This document shows, in pieces, positions 1 to 12,800 of a stretch of 64,000 bases of DNA. Each line of letters starts with the position of its first letter. The stretch's first letter is position 1. The DNA is from Hormiphora californensis (taxonomy: Eukaryota; Animalia; Ctenophora): contig CM035360.1 in the NCBI GenBank assembly GCA_020137815.1, positions 7,502,001 to 7,566,000 of the forward strand, in the 5' to 3' direction. The notes under the pieces were generated by a model, which was not told the origin of the DNA, ran no database searches, and was given only the letters and a program-made list of their open reading frames with translations. The translations under genes were made by a program, and so were the position numbers.

Positions 1-250
1 TGTGGAGGGGAGAGGAGAGGGGGTTAGGAGAGGAATCCTGTGGAGGGGAGAGGAGAGGGGGTAAGGAGAGGAATCCTGTGGAGGGGAGAGGAGAGGGGGT
101 AAGGAGAGGAATCCTGTGGAGGGGAGAGGAGAGGGGGTTAGGAGAGGAATCCTGTGGAGGGGAGAGGAGAGGGGGTTAGGAGAGGAATCCTGTGAAGAGT
201 AGAGGGGAGGGGTTAGTTAGGGGGTTAGGAGAGGAGAGGGTTAGTGGATC
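1..250. repeat. 38-bp GA-rich minisatellite (related units at about 3700-3930)
   Basis: Unit TGTGGAGGGGAGAGGAGAGGGGGTTAGGAGAGGAATCC, about 5 copies. On the minus strand each unit reads ...CCTAACCCCCTCTCCTCTCCCCTCCACAG, i.e. a branch-like CTAAC, a polypyrimidine tract and CAG. Confidence 0.85.
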
Positions 251-3200
251 TTGAAGTAGGGGAGGGAATGGGGTTAGTTAGGGGAGACGGAGGGCCTAGG
301 GGGTTAGTGAATCCTGGGGAGACGGAGGGGGTTAGTGAATCTTGAAGTAGGGGGAGAGAGGTTAGTTTGAGGGAGACTAAGGTGTAAGGGTAATGTGTGG
401 TATAATAGTAGGGGAGGAGAGATGAAAATAGGGGGATAGAGAGAGGAAAGGAGAAGTTAAAGAATCCTGAGTAGGGGAGGAGAAAGTCGAAGAAGAGGGA
501 GACACTAAAATATACAGAAAGAGAGATTTACAGATGTATTTGATAAAAAGAGATTTAAAAAAAGAACTATGATGAGAAATTCAGTATGCAATACCTTATT
601 CCTAGGTTCACCGACAAACAACCACTTTCAGAAGGACCACTTTCAGAAGGACCAAACAAAGGGAAAGTGTTCTTACAGGGTCTGATATATGAGGGCCCTT
701 GTCTAGACTATCTGGTATCCAAGCAAGCAGAGTTAGATCACTCAGATGTAACAGATCTAAGAAAGACAAATAAAAGCTGGGACTTTGGCTGCACAACTTA
801 GAGTGGAACTGGAAGAGCCCTGAAATTGGATCAACTGCATATCTCTCTTTCCCTTTCTCTCCCACTGTCTCTCCCTCCCACTATTTCTCTCCAACTCTCT
901 CTCCCATTCTCTCTCTCACACACTATCTCTCTCTCCAACTCCCTCCCACTGTCTCTACCACTCTCTCTAACTCTCCGATTATTGGATTACTGATCCCCAC
1001 CACTGGATATAGACAAGGAAAGCGAGGGTGTCAAGGGCCAAAGGGAGCCACCACTGCAGGCGCCGGGACAGACAGCAGAGGGGTTAGAGAGAAGGAAAGA
1101 GAGATCAGATCAACGTTGAAAGATAGTTGAAAGAAGATCCGAGTAACAAATTTAATGACGTGATCTAGGACAGGACAGAGGACGCTAGAGTCTGTAGCTG
1201 CAGAGCCACTGCACTGTAATGACAATATTGAATAGCTGGAATATATTTGGTCCTGATGCAAGATGTTGAACTGTGAGGAAATAGGCACGATAAAAAATGA
1301 ATTAATTAAGCTCCCTTTTTTTACCAATTTTCCCCGGGGGTACAAAGGACATTGCGCCCCCCCCCCCCAAAAGGGGGTAAAAAGAGGGGAAGAAGGAAAA
1401 AAAAAAGGGGAAAAAAGGGAAGGGGGGGAAGTAAGGAAAAAGAAAAAGAAGAGAGAAAGGGGGAAAAAAGGGGGGGGAAAGGAAAAAGTTTTGGGGTTTT
1501 TTGGGTTTCCCAAATTTGGGGGACTGTAAAATCAAAAAGAAGTTCCCCGCCGGGGCCAAAACCGGTTCCCCCGGAACACCCCCCCCCTTTTCTGTGGGTT
1601 TTGAAAAAATAGGTTTTTTCGGAAAAAAAGGGTTTCTAAAATAAAAAAGCAAATAATAAACAAAACCCCACAAAATTTTTTAAAATGGGTCTTTTTTTTT
1701 AAAAGGTTTTCTTTTTACAAATTTTGGGGAAAAAATAAGTTTTTGGATTTTTGGGAAAAAACAATTTTTCTTAAAAAAATTAAAAATGTGAAAAAAATTT
1801 TTTTTGGGTAAAAAAAAACAAAAAAAACTTTTTTTTTTTTTATAAAAAATTTTAATGGGGTTAAAAAATAAAAAAAATTGAAAAAAAGGGTTTAAAAAAA
1901 TTTTTTAAAAAAAACGGGGTTTAAATTTTTTTTTTGGGAAAAAATTTTTTGGGTTTGGGGCGGTTTTTTGGGGGGGGGAAAACACTTTTTTAGGGAAATT
2001 TTTTTAAAAAAAGGGAAAAAACCCGGGAATAAAATTTTTTTAAAAGGGGGGTTTCGAGTGGTTGGGAGAAGGATTTGAGCGAGGTCTCGACCTATTTTCT
2101 CAATTAATGTTTTAAAATTAATTGGGGAAAGGGGGATATGTGTGATATTGAGCGAGTTGGGGACGGTGTATAAAACAAAAAATACGGACTGACAAACTTA
2201 CGACCTTGATAAGTGTGGGTACTAATGTGCGTCTTGGTGATGAGATGAGAGGGATTCTTTTACAGTAGAGGTAAAGAACACGAAACGATCAAAAAACCAA
2301 ATAAGGCGGGGCAGATAAGCAATTTTTGATTTTTTACACGCGATAACGACTTTTGTGCACCCAAAAAACAAGGATGTCTCTTAGCGAGGTATAAAAAAAA
2401 GGAAATACCCAAGGTCGGGGGGGGGGAAAGGGGGGGGGGGGGGAAAGGGCTTGGGCCCAAACTTCCCTTTAACGGTTCACAACTACCCCGGCCCGGGGGG
2501 GGGGTTATTTTACTGAAATGGGATAAAGGCTGCATTTTGTGGGGGTGATGTCCAAATGCAGGGGGGAAGCCGAGGGGTTTAAAAAAAAACAAAGGGGCAA
2601 TTTTAAAAGGGGGGGGGGGAAAGTCAAGAAAAAAGTATTCCAAAATAAAAAGCTGAAAAAATAGATGAAAGTAGACTGAAAGAAGACTGAAAGAACCAGT
2701 CCCAGACAAAAGATCTCCAAATCAAAAGATGCAAAAGATATTCGATTGTTTGCAAAGACCAATCAACTAATGACCGTCAGAAGAAAGAGAAACGCTTTGA
2801 AACCGATCTCGGGCAAATTGATATTTGAGATGGCAAAGAGAGACCTTGGGGAAATTCGATATTCAATAAAAAAACAGGCTTCTAGGTTTGGGGAACAAAA
2901 ATTGTTCCTGGGCGAAACGGGGAAGATGGTAACTGGAAGGGCGGAAGGGGCGGCAGTCAAATAACATTTTAAAGTTATTTTGATTTTAAAAAAGTTATAC
3001 CCCGGGTCCAAAAATTTACAGAAAAAATAAACAGTTGACTATAAAAAACTGTCGGAGAGGCGATGTTGTTCCATTGTGATCACTATAAAAGGATACCCTT
3101 CGCAGCACACTGAACATGCCACCCCAAGATATAACAAGCCAATACTTAAGCTCCCCCCCTTACTGAATACCCCTAAACACCCCCAATAAAAAACAAACTT

Positions 3201-3780
3201 GTTAAATGTGGCCCTGGTTTGGGGTCCCTGTTATAGCGGGTCTGTAATGGGGTCTTTGTCCTTTGAACACACGTGCTAGTAGCGCACCCAAACCCCGCTT
3301 CACCCCAGCTAGGTGGTAAAATAGGAGTAAAAAATTAGAAAATTTCACAATTTCAAATCAGCTGAGTATAATCGATAAACAAAAACAAAAAAATTTTCAC
3401 AAAAAATGCAGGTAGGTTGTAAAGAAGGAGGGGCGTGTCCTGGGCTAATGACCGGGGCCTTTTTCTTCCTTAAAATTTGACCTCAAAACATGCCAAAAAA
3501 ATAGGAAAAGGGGGCAATGGCATGTAAATGGTGATAGAGATTTTGAGGTGAAGGAGATGTGAACAAACCTAATGGAAGGACCAAAATGATGAAAAAAAGG
3601 GGGGGGTGGGTTGTGTCAAAAGGGCTGGTTCAAAGTGGGGGGCCCTGGTAACAAAGGGGGTGGGCCCTTGGAAAATAATTCCAAAAGTGGCGAGGGGGGA
3701 AGAGAAGTGGGTTAGGAGCGAATCCTGGTAAGGGAGCGGAGAGGGTTAGGAGAGTACTCCTGTGGATGGAGTAGGATATG
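181..3780. other. Duplicate of about 3860-6680; first part a clean variant copy, remainder a degraded low-quality copy (probable haplotig or read artefact)
   Basis: 181-1320 aligns by eye to 3860-4975 with small indels. 2650-3690 is an error-ridden copy of 5355-6680. 1320-2650 is mostly poly-G/poly-A/poly-T noise. Confidence 0.75.
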
Positions 3781-4210
3781 GGTTGGAGAGAGAGGGGGTT
3801 AGGATAGTATCCTGTGGATGGAGAAGAGAGGGGGTTAGTTAGGGGGTTAGGAGAGGAGAGGGGGTTAGGAGAGGAATCCTGTGAAGAGGAGAGGAGAGGG
3901 GTTAGTTAGGGGGTTAGGAGAGGAGAGGGTTAGTGGATCTTGAAGTAGGGGGAGAGAGGTTAGTTTGAGGGAGACTAAGGTGTAAGGGTAATGTAGGGGA
4001 GGAGAGATGAAAATAGGGGGATAGAGAGAGGAAAGGAGAAGTTAAAGAATCCTGAGTAGGGGAGGAGAAAGTCGAAGAAGAGGGAGACACTAAAATATGA
4101 TGATGAGAAAGTCAGTATGCAGTACCTTATTCCTAGGTTCACCGACAAACAACCACTTTCAGAAGGACCAAACAAAGGGAAACTGTTCTCACAGGGTCTG
4201 ATATATGAGG

Positions 4211-4252
4211 TTGCCTTGTTCGACCCTCCCTAAAAAGGTTTGAACAAAACAA
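4211..4252. mobile_element. 42-bp micro-MITE with 8-bp TSD
   Basis: TTGCCTTGTTC...GAACAAAACAA imperfect 11-bp TIRs. TSD ATATGAGG at 4203-4210 and 4253-4260. The duplicate copy at about 687-700 has the empty site. Confidence 0.8.
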
Positions 4253-5098
4253 ATATGAGGGCCCTCGTCTAGACTATCTGGTATCCAGGCAAGCAGAGTT
4301 AGATCACTCAGATGTAACAGATCTAAGAAATTGGAAAGACAAATATAAGCTGGGACTTTGGCTGCACAACTAAGAGTGGAACTGGAAGAGCCCTGGAATT
4401 AGATCAACTGCATATCTCTCTTGCCCTTTCTCTCCCACTCTCTCTCCCTCCCACTATTTCTCTCCAACTCTCTCTCCAACTCTCTACCACTCTCTCTCCC
4501 ACTCTCTCCAACTCCCTCCCACTGTCTCTCCCACTCTCTCTCTCTCCCACTCTCTCCCACTCTCTCTCTCACACTATCTCTCCCACTCCCTCCCACTCTC
4601 TTTACCTCTCCGATTATTGGATTACTGATCCCCACCACTGGATATAGACAAGGAAAGCGAGGGTGTCAAGGGCCAAAGGGAGCCACCACTGCAGGCGCCG
4701 GGACAGACAGCAACTAAGAGGGGTTAGAGAAGGAAAGAGAGATCAGGTTAGAGAAGGAAAGAGAGATCAGATCAATGTTGAAAGATAGTTGAAAGATCCG
4801 AGTAACAAATTTAATGACGTGATCTAGGACAGAGGACCCTAGAGTCTGTAGCTGCAGAGCCACTGCACTGTAATGACAATATTGAATAGCTGGAATATAT
4901 TTGGTCCTGATGCAAGATGTTGAACTGTGAGGAAATAGGAGATAAAAAGATTAGATTTAAGCTGCCTCTTTTTATGCCAATATGTCCGAGTGGTACCAGG
5001 CGACACTGCGCCCCTCCACCCTCCCCCTTGAAGAGAGTGGATACTGGAGAGAGAGAGAGAGAGAGAAGAGAGAGATGAGAGAGAGAGCGAGAGAGAGT

Positions 5099-5143
<45 letters not shown>

Positions 5144-7437
5144 CTCTCTCTCTCGTTTGTTCCTCGCCCCTCGCTCTCTCTCTCTGCCCCTACTCCTTCC
5201 TCTCTCTCTCTCGCTCTCTCTCTCATCTGCCTCTCTCTCTCTCTCGCTTCTCTCTACTCTCCTTCTTCTCTTCTCTCCTTCTCTCTCTTCTGCTTCGTCT
5301 CTCCTCTTCTCCTCATCCTCTCTCTTCTTCCATCCCTCCCGCCTCTCCCTTCCCTCCTACTGAAAGTAGACTGAAAGAGGACTAAAAGTAGACTGAAAGA
5401 ACCCTGAACCAGTCCCAGACAAAAGATCTCCAAATCGAAAGATGCAAAAGATATTCGATTGTTTGCAAAGACCAATCAACTAATGACCGTCCATAAAGAA
5501 CATAAAGATAAACGCTTTAAAACCCGCTCTCTGCAATTGATTTTGAGATGGGCGATGAAGAGAACCATGGATTACTATATATTCAATAAAAAAACCGAGA
5601 TGCTTCCATAAAACAAAAAAAAAACAAAAAACATAAAACGGAGATGCTTTCTTCTAGAGTTTGGTGAAAATAAAACCTCTGTTCACTGGACGAAAATATG
5701 GATTTGGTAACTGGAAGTCTGGACTCGCTTTAATTGGCAGTCACTAATAATCATTTTTAAACTGGTGATTTTTGATTTTCGGAACTATTTAATAATAATA
5801 ATATTTACCGGAATCCAAACTTTGCTCTTTTCACAGAAACTAAGTACAGATTGACATATAAAATACCTGTCGGAGAGGCGATGTTGTTCCATCTGTGTAT
5901 CACTCATACTGGATACTTTTCGCAGCACACTGAACATGCCACCCCAAGATATAACAACCAGCCAATATCTCTAAAGCTCCCACCCTTAGCTGATACCACC
6001 TCAACACACAACAACAACACTTGTTATAGTAACACACAGGTGGTGCCCCTGTGTCAGGGTCCCCTGTTAAGCGGTCTGTAATGGGTCCTTTATGGGGGTC
6101 TTTGTCCTGAAGAACACGTGCTAGTAGCGCACATAACCCACTCCATGCGAAGCCCCAGACGTCGGCTAATCAGCTCCAAGCTAGGTGTGTAATAATATGG
6201 AGTAAAAACTTAGAAAATATTCACAATATTCAACTCAGCTTTCAAGCTCATCAGCTGCAGTAATAAGCAGTCGAAGTCGATAAACAGACGACAAAAGTTT
6301 ACAGATTACACAACGCACAAAGAACCAGGTAGGCCTTGTTATGAAGGAGGGGGGTGTGGGGGGGCGTGTCCTTCCTGGGCCTAATGACCGGTGCCTCTTT
6401 GTGTCTTCCTCTTCCTGATATAATTTTGTGACCTTCAACAAAACATGTCAACCCCCCCTCCTCCTCTCCAGTCTCCCCTGCTCCCTGTCCCCCGTTGGGT
6501 GCCCTTCTTCCTCCTAGTCGATTGTTCGTTGGACAGGTCTCTGTTGAAACCGAGCGCTATAAGGAATTACAATAGTGATGAAGAACGGGATGGGGGGCTG
6601 GCTGGTGTCAAATCAGTTGGCATGATTACAAAGTGGGGGACCATGGTAACAAAGTGGGGCCCTGGGAAATAATTCCAATAGAGACAAGTTAGGATTCGTT
6701 GAGTTGTCACAATACGAGCATGATGCCTTGACCACTTACGAGCATGAATGCTGAACCACTGGTAGGAACTTATTGCTGTCAGGGAGGAGGCGAAGGAGGA
6801 CGGTGGAGGATGAGACCAGGAGTACCTGAGGAGGGCCAATGCCTGGACACTGGTTCCGCAGAAATAGGGTCAGGAGAAGTGTCAGGCCAATGCTCTGAAA
6901 GCCTTATTGAGTAGGCCGGATGGGGGGTTGTCGACGGCAAAGTTGGGAAGTAAGGGGAGATAAAACGTATTATGAGATGGTGTGAGTGCACATAATACAT
7001 GTCACCTAGGAAGACATATATAATTACATGAAATATGAAACGTGATCAATATGTCTTATGGCGGGCTTTTTTTATGCTTCGAATACGTGATTGTGTTTGT
7101 TAAGTTCAAATGTGATTGTGTTTGAACTTGTTAAATTGATCACACCCCCTATGCGATGCACTTAACCAAATAAGATGATGAATGAGATGATGAAATCTAT
7201 ATTGTGGGAATATAATTCTTTCTCTATCTCCCTACAATGGCCAATAAATGGAATATTGAGAATCTAACACGATTACTCCGATCATAGCACAATGAAATAA
7301 AATTATACTTAAAACTGGTGCGGTAGAAAACAGTCGAACTTTTCTAACTCGATAACTGCATTTTGCACCAGTGCTCCCTTTTTCTCATTCAAACCGATTA
7401 TTTTTCGTTCTACGGTATACCAGCTAAATACCTACCA

Positions 7438-7584
7438 CAGTCGGACCCCGATTTACCGGGATGCTCGGGGGATTGGGGAATGGGGGTTTCCCGGTAAATC
7501 GGGGTCAAATACTGTTAATTTCCTACTTCGGGGGAAGAATATCCTCCCGTTAAATCGGGGTTTCGGTAAATCGGGGTCCGGCTG
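7438..7584. mobile_element. MITE with Tc1/mariner-like terminal inverted repeats
   Basis: CAGTCGGACCCCGATTTACCG ... CGGTAAATCGGGGTCCGGCTG, with internal GTAAATCGGGG repeats. Confidence 0.75.
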
Positions 7585-8779
7585 TTATACATGCGTCTAG
7601 AGTCTAGACTTCTGTCAGGCCAATGCTCTGACCGCGGTTTTTGAAGGTTTTGAAGCGCTTCAAAAAATAAAAAAAATGGGTGAACTACAACTCCAGCCCC
7701 CCGGCTTACTTATGTGTGTATGCTAAGTACCAGGGTGTGGTACATACTACGGTAGTATCAGGGTACATGTGGCAGGATAAACATGGGTAATATAAACAAA
7801 TAACCCGGGCAATATATAGTAATATCTAGATCAACCTGATAACAAGATACGATTAAACTAAGACTCATATCACGACTTGTATTCTTATTTTGGGCCGTAC
7901 GCAGCTCTTACTTTATCGTGGCCCACGCTAAACTTAAAGTAAGAGCTAGTTTGAACAAGTCAAGTGAGGACATTGCACAAAACCAGTATCTACCACATAA
8001 TGAACATATATCTTGACCAATGACCGCATTATATCCATCAAGTTGGCCTTTGCCCGTTGGTAAACCCATGGGGGTGCTAACAATCCTAGATGTGGGGGAG
8101 AGGGAATGAAGAACGTGTGTGGTGGGTTAATAATTAGCTGGGTACACTAACAGGAGCAGAAAAGGCCGATACTGACTGTCACAAACAACAAAAACTGTTG
8201 GACATGAATGCAAATGCATAAAGATTTTACACACAACATGTATGGGGTCTGAGTCGGTAAATATGGTGCTAACAAGAAGAATCGATATCTCGAGATATAT
8301 ATCGATATAGGAGATAGAGAAGATGCGATATGATCGAGAGAGAGAGAGATAGATAGAGCTCTATCTTGCTCGCTCGCACGATATGATATCTCATCTCTCT
8401 ATCTCTAGCTCTCGCTCTCGCTATCTCGATATCTCTTGCTATAGCTCTATCCGAGAGCTCGCTATAGCTCTCCCTCCTCTCCCTCTTACTCGCTCTCCTC
8501 TCTCTCTCTCTCTCTTTTCTGGTCTCTCACCGTTCTCTCTCTCTCTCTCTATGCGATAGAGCGTACCCAGAGAGAGGGAGAGAGGGGAGCATGCTCCTGA
8601 ATCATGACCTAAGTTGTTAATAATTGAAATAACTAGGCATATCACAACACATACCTTGAATCAGCTGTCACTGTCAGGGATGAAGGAGACATGACACGTG
8701 TTAGATACCACAGCAACAATAACTAATCCGCTCCATAGTGCAGTTCCTGGGGAAAGAATTATACATCTTAAGCACTTGC

Positions 8780-9780
8780 AATAAAAAGGGGAAAGGGAAC
8801 AAAAGGAAAATTAAAAACCAAAAAAACCCCCCCGGTTTTTAAGCCCCCAAAAATTTTAAAGAAAAAATTTTTGGGGAAGGGAAAAAAACCAAATAAGATT
8901 TTTTAAAAAGGGGGGTTTTTAAAAAATTTTTTGGGGAAATTAAAAAAAAGAGGGGGAAAAGGGAAAAGGGGGGGTTTTTAAAACCCGGGAAAAAGGAAAA
9001 GAAAAGGGAAAAGGGAGAAAAAAAAAGGGAAAAAAAGGAAAAAATTTCCCCTTTTAGGGCAGGGGGGAAAAAAACGGGGAGATCGGGGGGTTTTAAAGAA
9101 AGGGGGGGTTTTGGGGAAAGAGAGGGGGAAAAGGGGGGGGGAAAAAAACCAAAAAAAGTGGGCCCCAGAATGGGGAGAAAGAGAGGAAAGGGGGGGGGAA
9201 AAAAAAAAAAAAAAAAAGGGGGGGGGGGGGGGGGGGGGGGGGGGGGAAAAAAAAGGGGAAGAGGAAGAGAAGGAGGGGGGAAAGGGGGGGAAAAATTGAC
9301 AAAATTTTTTAAATTTTAAAATACATATCAAAACATCCCTTTGTCAGCTGTTTCAGGGAAAGGGGGGAAACACTGTTAGATACCCCACACCCCAATAACT
9401 AATCCGCTCCATGGGGTTTCCGGGGAAAAATTATAATTTGCAACATATCAGCAGATTTAACAGATCTTTGATTATAAAAAGGAATATCATTTATTAATAA
9501 AAATAAAAATATTTTTTTTGTTAAAATTCTCTTCCCCCCCCTTTTTTCTCCCCCCCCCCCCCACACAAATACCCACTTAAACCCCGTTTAAAGGGCCCCC
9601 CCCCCCTTTAGGGGGGGGGGGGGGGGGAAAAAAAAACCACTCCGGGTTTTCCTTTTTTCCCCAAAAATTCCAGGGTTTTCCCCATTATGAGAAAAATTGG
9701 GGGGTCCCTCACCCCCCCCTTGAGATTCCGGATACGTTCCCCTGTTTGAGACTCTAAGGGTATTTCCGATCTTCCCAAAA
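8780..9780. other. Degraded homopolymer-inflated block (assembly artefact)
   Basis: Long G/A/C/T runs; 9320-9440 is a corrupted copy of 8636-8765. Confidence 0.75.
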
Positions 9781-9873
9781 AATTTTTCCCCCTGATGAGC
9801 TGCCATTAGCCACACCTTATAGCCATGGTTGTTGATAGCTTCTTCTTCTTCTTGATAGCTGTGTGTGTCATTG

Positions 9874-12800
9874 CTACCGCGATGGGAGAGGGAGGTTAGA
9901 TAGCTGGAAAGTCACATAATTGGAGTAGCAGAGATTGTAGTTAAGTACAACTAGTTGAGTAAGGGGTTACTCAACAAAGTACACTGTACAACCATAAGTT
10001 CGATAATCGATATGATTATAATAATCTGAAACTTTAGACATAAAGATTAAAGACAAACAAATTTTACACAACATCATCTAATCAGCATAATATTCGCCGA
10101 TATATATTCCCCATTTGATTGAATTAAGAAACTACTATACACACATCTTGAATCTTGAATGTTCATATTGCCAGGTCGTGTTGGTAGCTAGCTACCTCGC
10201 CCTCTCTCTCTCTCTCAACCTATCGTCTCTCACAAATACATATCACCGACTCACTTTCCTACCAAACAGACACGTCCTTGATCGGATGGGTTGCTTCCTT
10301 AGAACAGGGGCTGAGACTCTCCGTGTAGGGGAAGCAGCAGCAGCTTCACCCCCTCCTTCTTCACCAACTGTTATGTAAAATGTAAGGTAAAATATGGTAA
10401 AATGTAAGGTAAAATATGATGAAATGTAAGGTCATCATGGCTGGAAAGCTAAATAAAAAACTACAGCCCACCTATATCCCACTAACTAGGACATGTAGTA
10501 CCTCTGTACATTGTACTAGATCGATAGAATGAGTTTTCATCGGTGGGCGGACTCTAGTGCTAACGGACTCTTTATCTAAATTCAAGGCGGACTCTATATC
10601 TAAAAGCAGACTCTTTATCTACAGTTAGACTTTGAAAAAAGTTTAGATAAAGAGTCCGCCCTATGTAGACTTTTTAGACATAGAGTCCGCCCTGTGTAGA
10701 CTTTTTAGACATAGAGTCCCCTAGTACATTTTGGCGCCAAATCCCCCAACCCGGACTCTATGTCTAAAATCCTAAACCAACCCAAAACCTAACCCTAACC
10801 ATCACCCTAACCCTAACCTCGAACCCAAATAATGGCCCTAACACTTCTAAATTAGTATAGAGGTACAGCAAACTCTCGTTTCCGGCCTAACGGCCGAAAT
10901 CTCGAGTTCGCTGAGAATGGCGGACTCTATGTCTAATTTAGATTTATGTAGATATAGAGTCCGGCCTTTGTAGACTTTTTAGATAAAGAGTCCGCCCTGT
11001 GTAGACTTTTTAGACATAGAGTCCTCCTAGAGTTTAGACTTATTTGGACTCTTTATCTAAATCTAAATTTAGATATAGAGTCCACTGTAGACTTAGAGTG
11101 TAGCACTAGAGTCCGCACACCGTTTTCATCAACCAGCACCTTCCCTACTAATCCAACTAGTCCTAACTCAGTTAGATGGAAGTGCAGCTAGTACAATTTA
11201 GTAACTTACTGGAGGAAGGCTTGGTAAAGAACAGTGGCTTGTCCAGGGTATCCAAATGTTCCAGCGTGTATGCCTTTACCCTTATCGAGTGCTGACCTGA
11301 TATATCGTGGGGGTTAGAACTTCTAATAGAAGCTGACAATAACGTGAAACAAGGCTGGGACATTGTGTTTCTTGCAGTAGTCAAGTATTCTATAGTGAGT
11401 GTTAGAATTGGTACCTTCTGTTTTGGGGATGTTGTTCGCAGCACGTAGCCCCGTATCAATAGAATGAGCTTTCAACTTCAGTTTTTTAGATTGTATCAAC
11501 CTGAAATGTTATAGCTGTTCAAGAAGTGCTGCCTAGCTACAAATGTAAAGGGAGGGTTAAAACATAACAAAAGGCGTGATGAGGTTTGTATAAAAGAGCA
11601 TCATTATTCTAGAGTACAGGTGAGAGGAAAACAGTTAATTTCTATCAGTGGAGCGAGGAGGAGAGAGTGGTCAGAGTACCTCGAGCTGTTGGGTATGATA
11701 TCCCCCCCCCCCACTTCTTCTATCCTCCTGCGATGTCTCTCTCATGTTATCGCGCGTGCTACATTTAGTTCTATTCCCATAAACATGATAAAGAGAGGGG
11801 ACACTGTACCCAACTCGCGCTGTCAGCTTGTTAGGCCCGCTCTTACATATAACATAAATGAATTAGTAACACACACACTCACTTGACGATGGTTTCATTG
11901 AACTGGTAGTTGATGTTCTGAGCATAGAACACTTGTTTCTTCTCTAGCTCCTCAACTAACTTCTCATTCTCAGTCGAGAATATATCTGAATGTGATATAA
12001 TTGGTGAAAATCTTAACTGTGTGATTGGTTACGAAGTCAGTATATTGCAATATAGCCCTCCATGAGCTGTTATAACGGAGGGGTAATTTCATTACCAACC
12101 TGTGTGATTGGTTTTAAATGTAAAACAATCGTTTAAATTAAAAACTTCTTCAAGCTAATTTTAACCAAAATATAGCAACTACGTATGACGTACTGCCGTA
12201 TTCGAGACAAGGCTTGATGAATCCATGTCGAAGCATCAGATCACACATCCTAAGAAGAGCCTGGTTCCTCTGCTGGTCAGCAGCTCCTCTCATTCTATTT
12301 CTACCGACCTGTTCAGAGCGTTTGGAAGCCACCATTCTTATTAGCAAATCACCTGGCAGATGTGTTACAATGTTAGGATGATATGTTACAATGTTAGGAT
12401 GATATGTTACAATGTTAGGATGATATGTTACAATGTTAGGATGATATGTTACAATGTTAGGATGATATGTTACAATGTTAGGATGATGTGTTACAATGTT
12501 AGGATGATGTGTTACAATGTTAGGATGATGTGTTACAATGTTAGGATGATGTGTTACAATGTTAGGATGATGTGTTACAATGTTAGGATGATGTGTTACA
12601 ATGTTAGGATGATGTGTTACAATGTTAGGATGATGTGTTACAATGTTAGGATGATGTGTTACAATGTTAGGATGATATGTTACAATGTTAGGATGATATG
12701 TTACAATGTTAGGATGATATGTTACAATGTTAGGATGATGTGTTACAATGTTAGGATGATATGTTACAATGGCAGCATGTTATTGGGCACCTTGGTGTGT

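Noticed and set aside
1263-2709. Lys/Gly/Phe/Pro-rich ORFs (also 8978-9815 and 18711-19329)
   Set aside because: They derive from degraded homopolymer blocks that are probably artefacts.
10785-10820. Telomere or chromosome-fusion site
   Set aside because: Only a few degenerate CCCTAA units, inside a TSD-flanked transposon.
11172-11459. 95-aa ORF as a separate gene
   Set aside because: It is an intron-spanning frame overlapping two DEP-gene exons.
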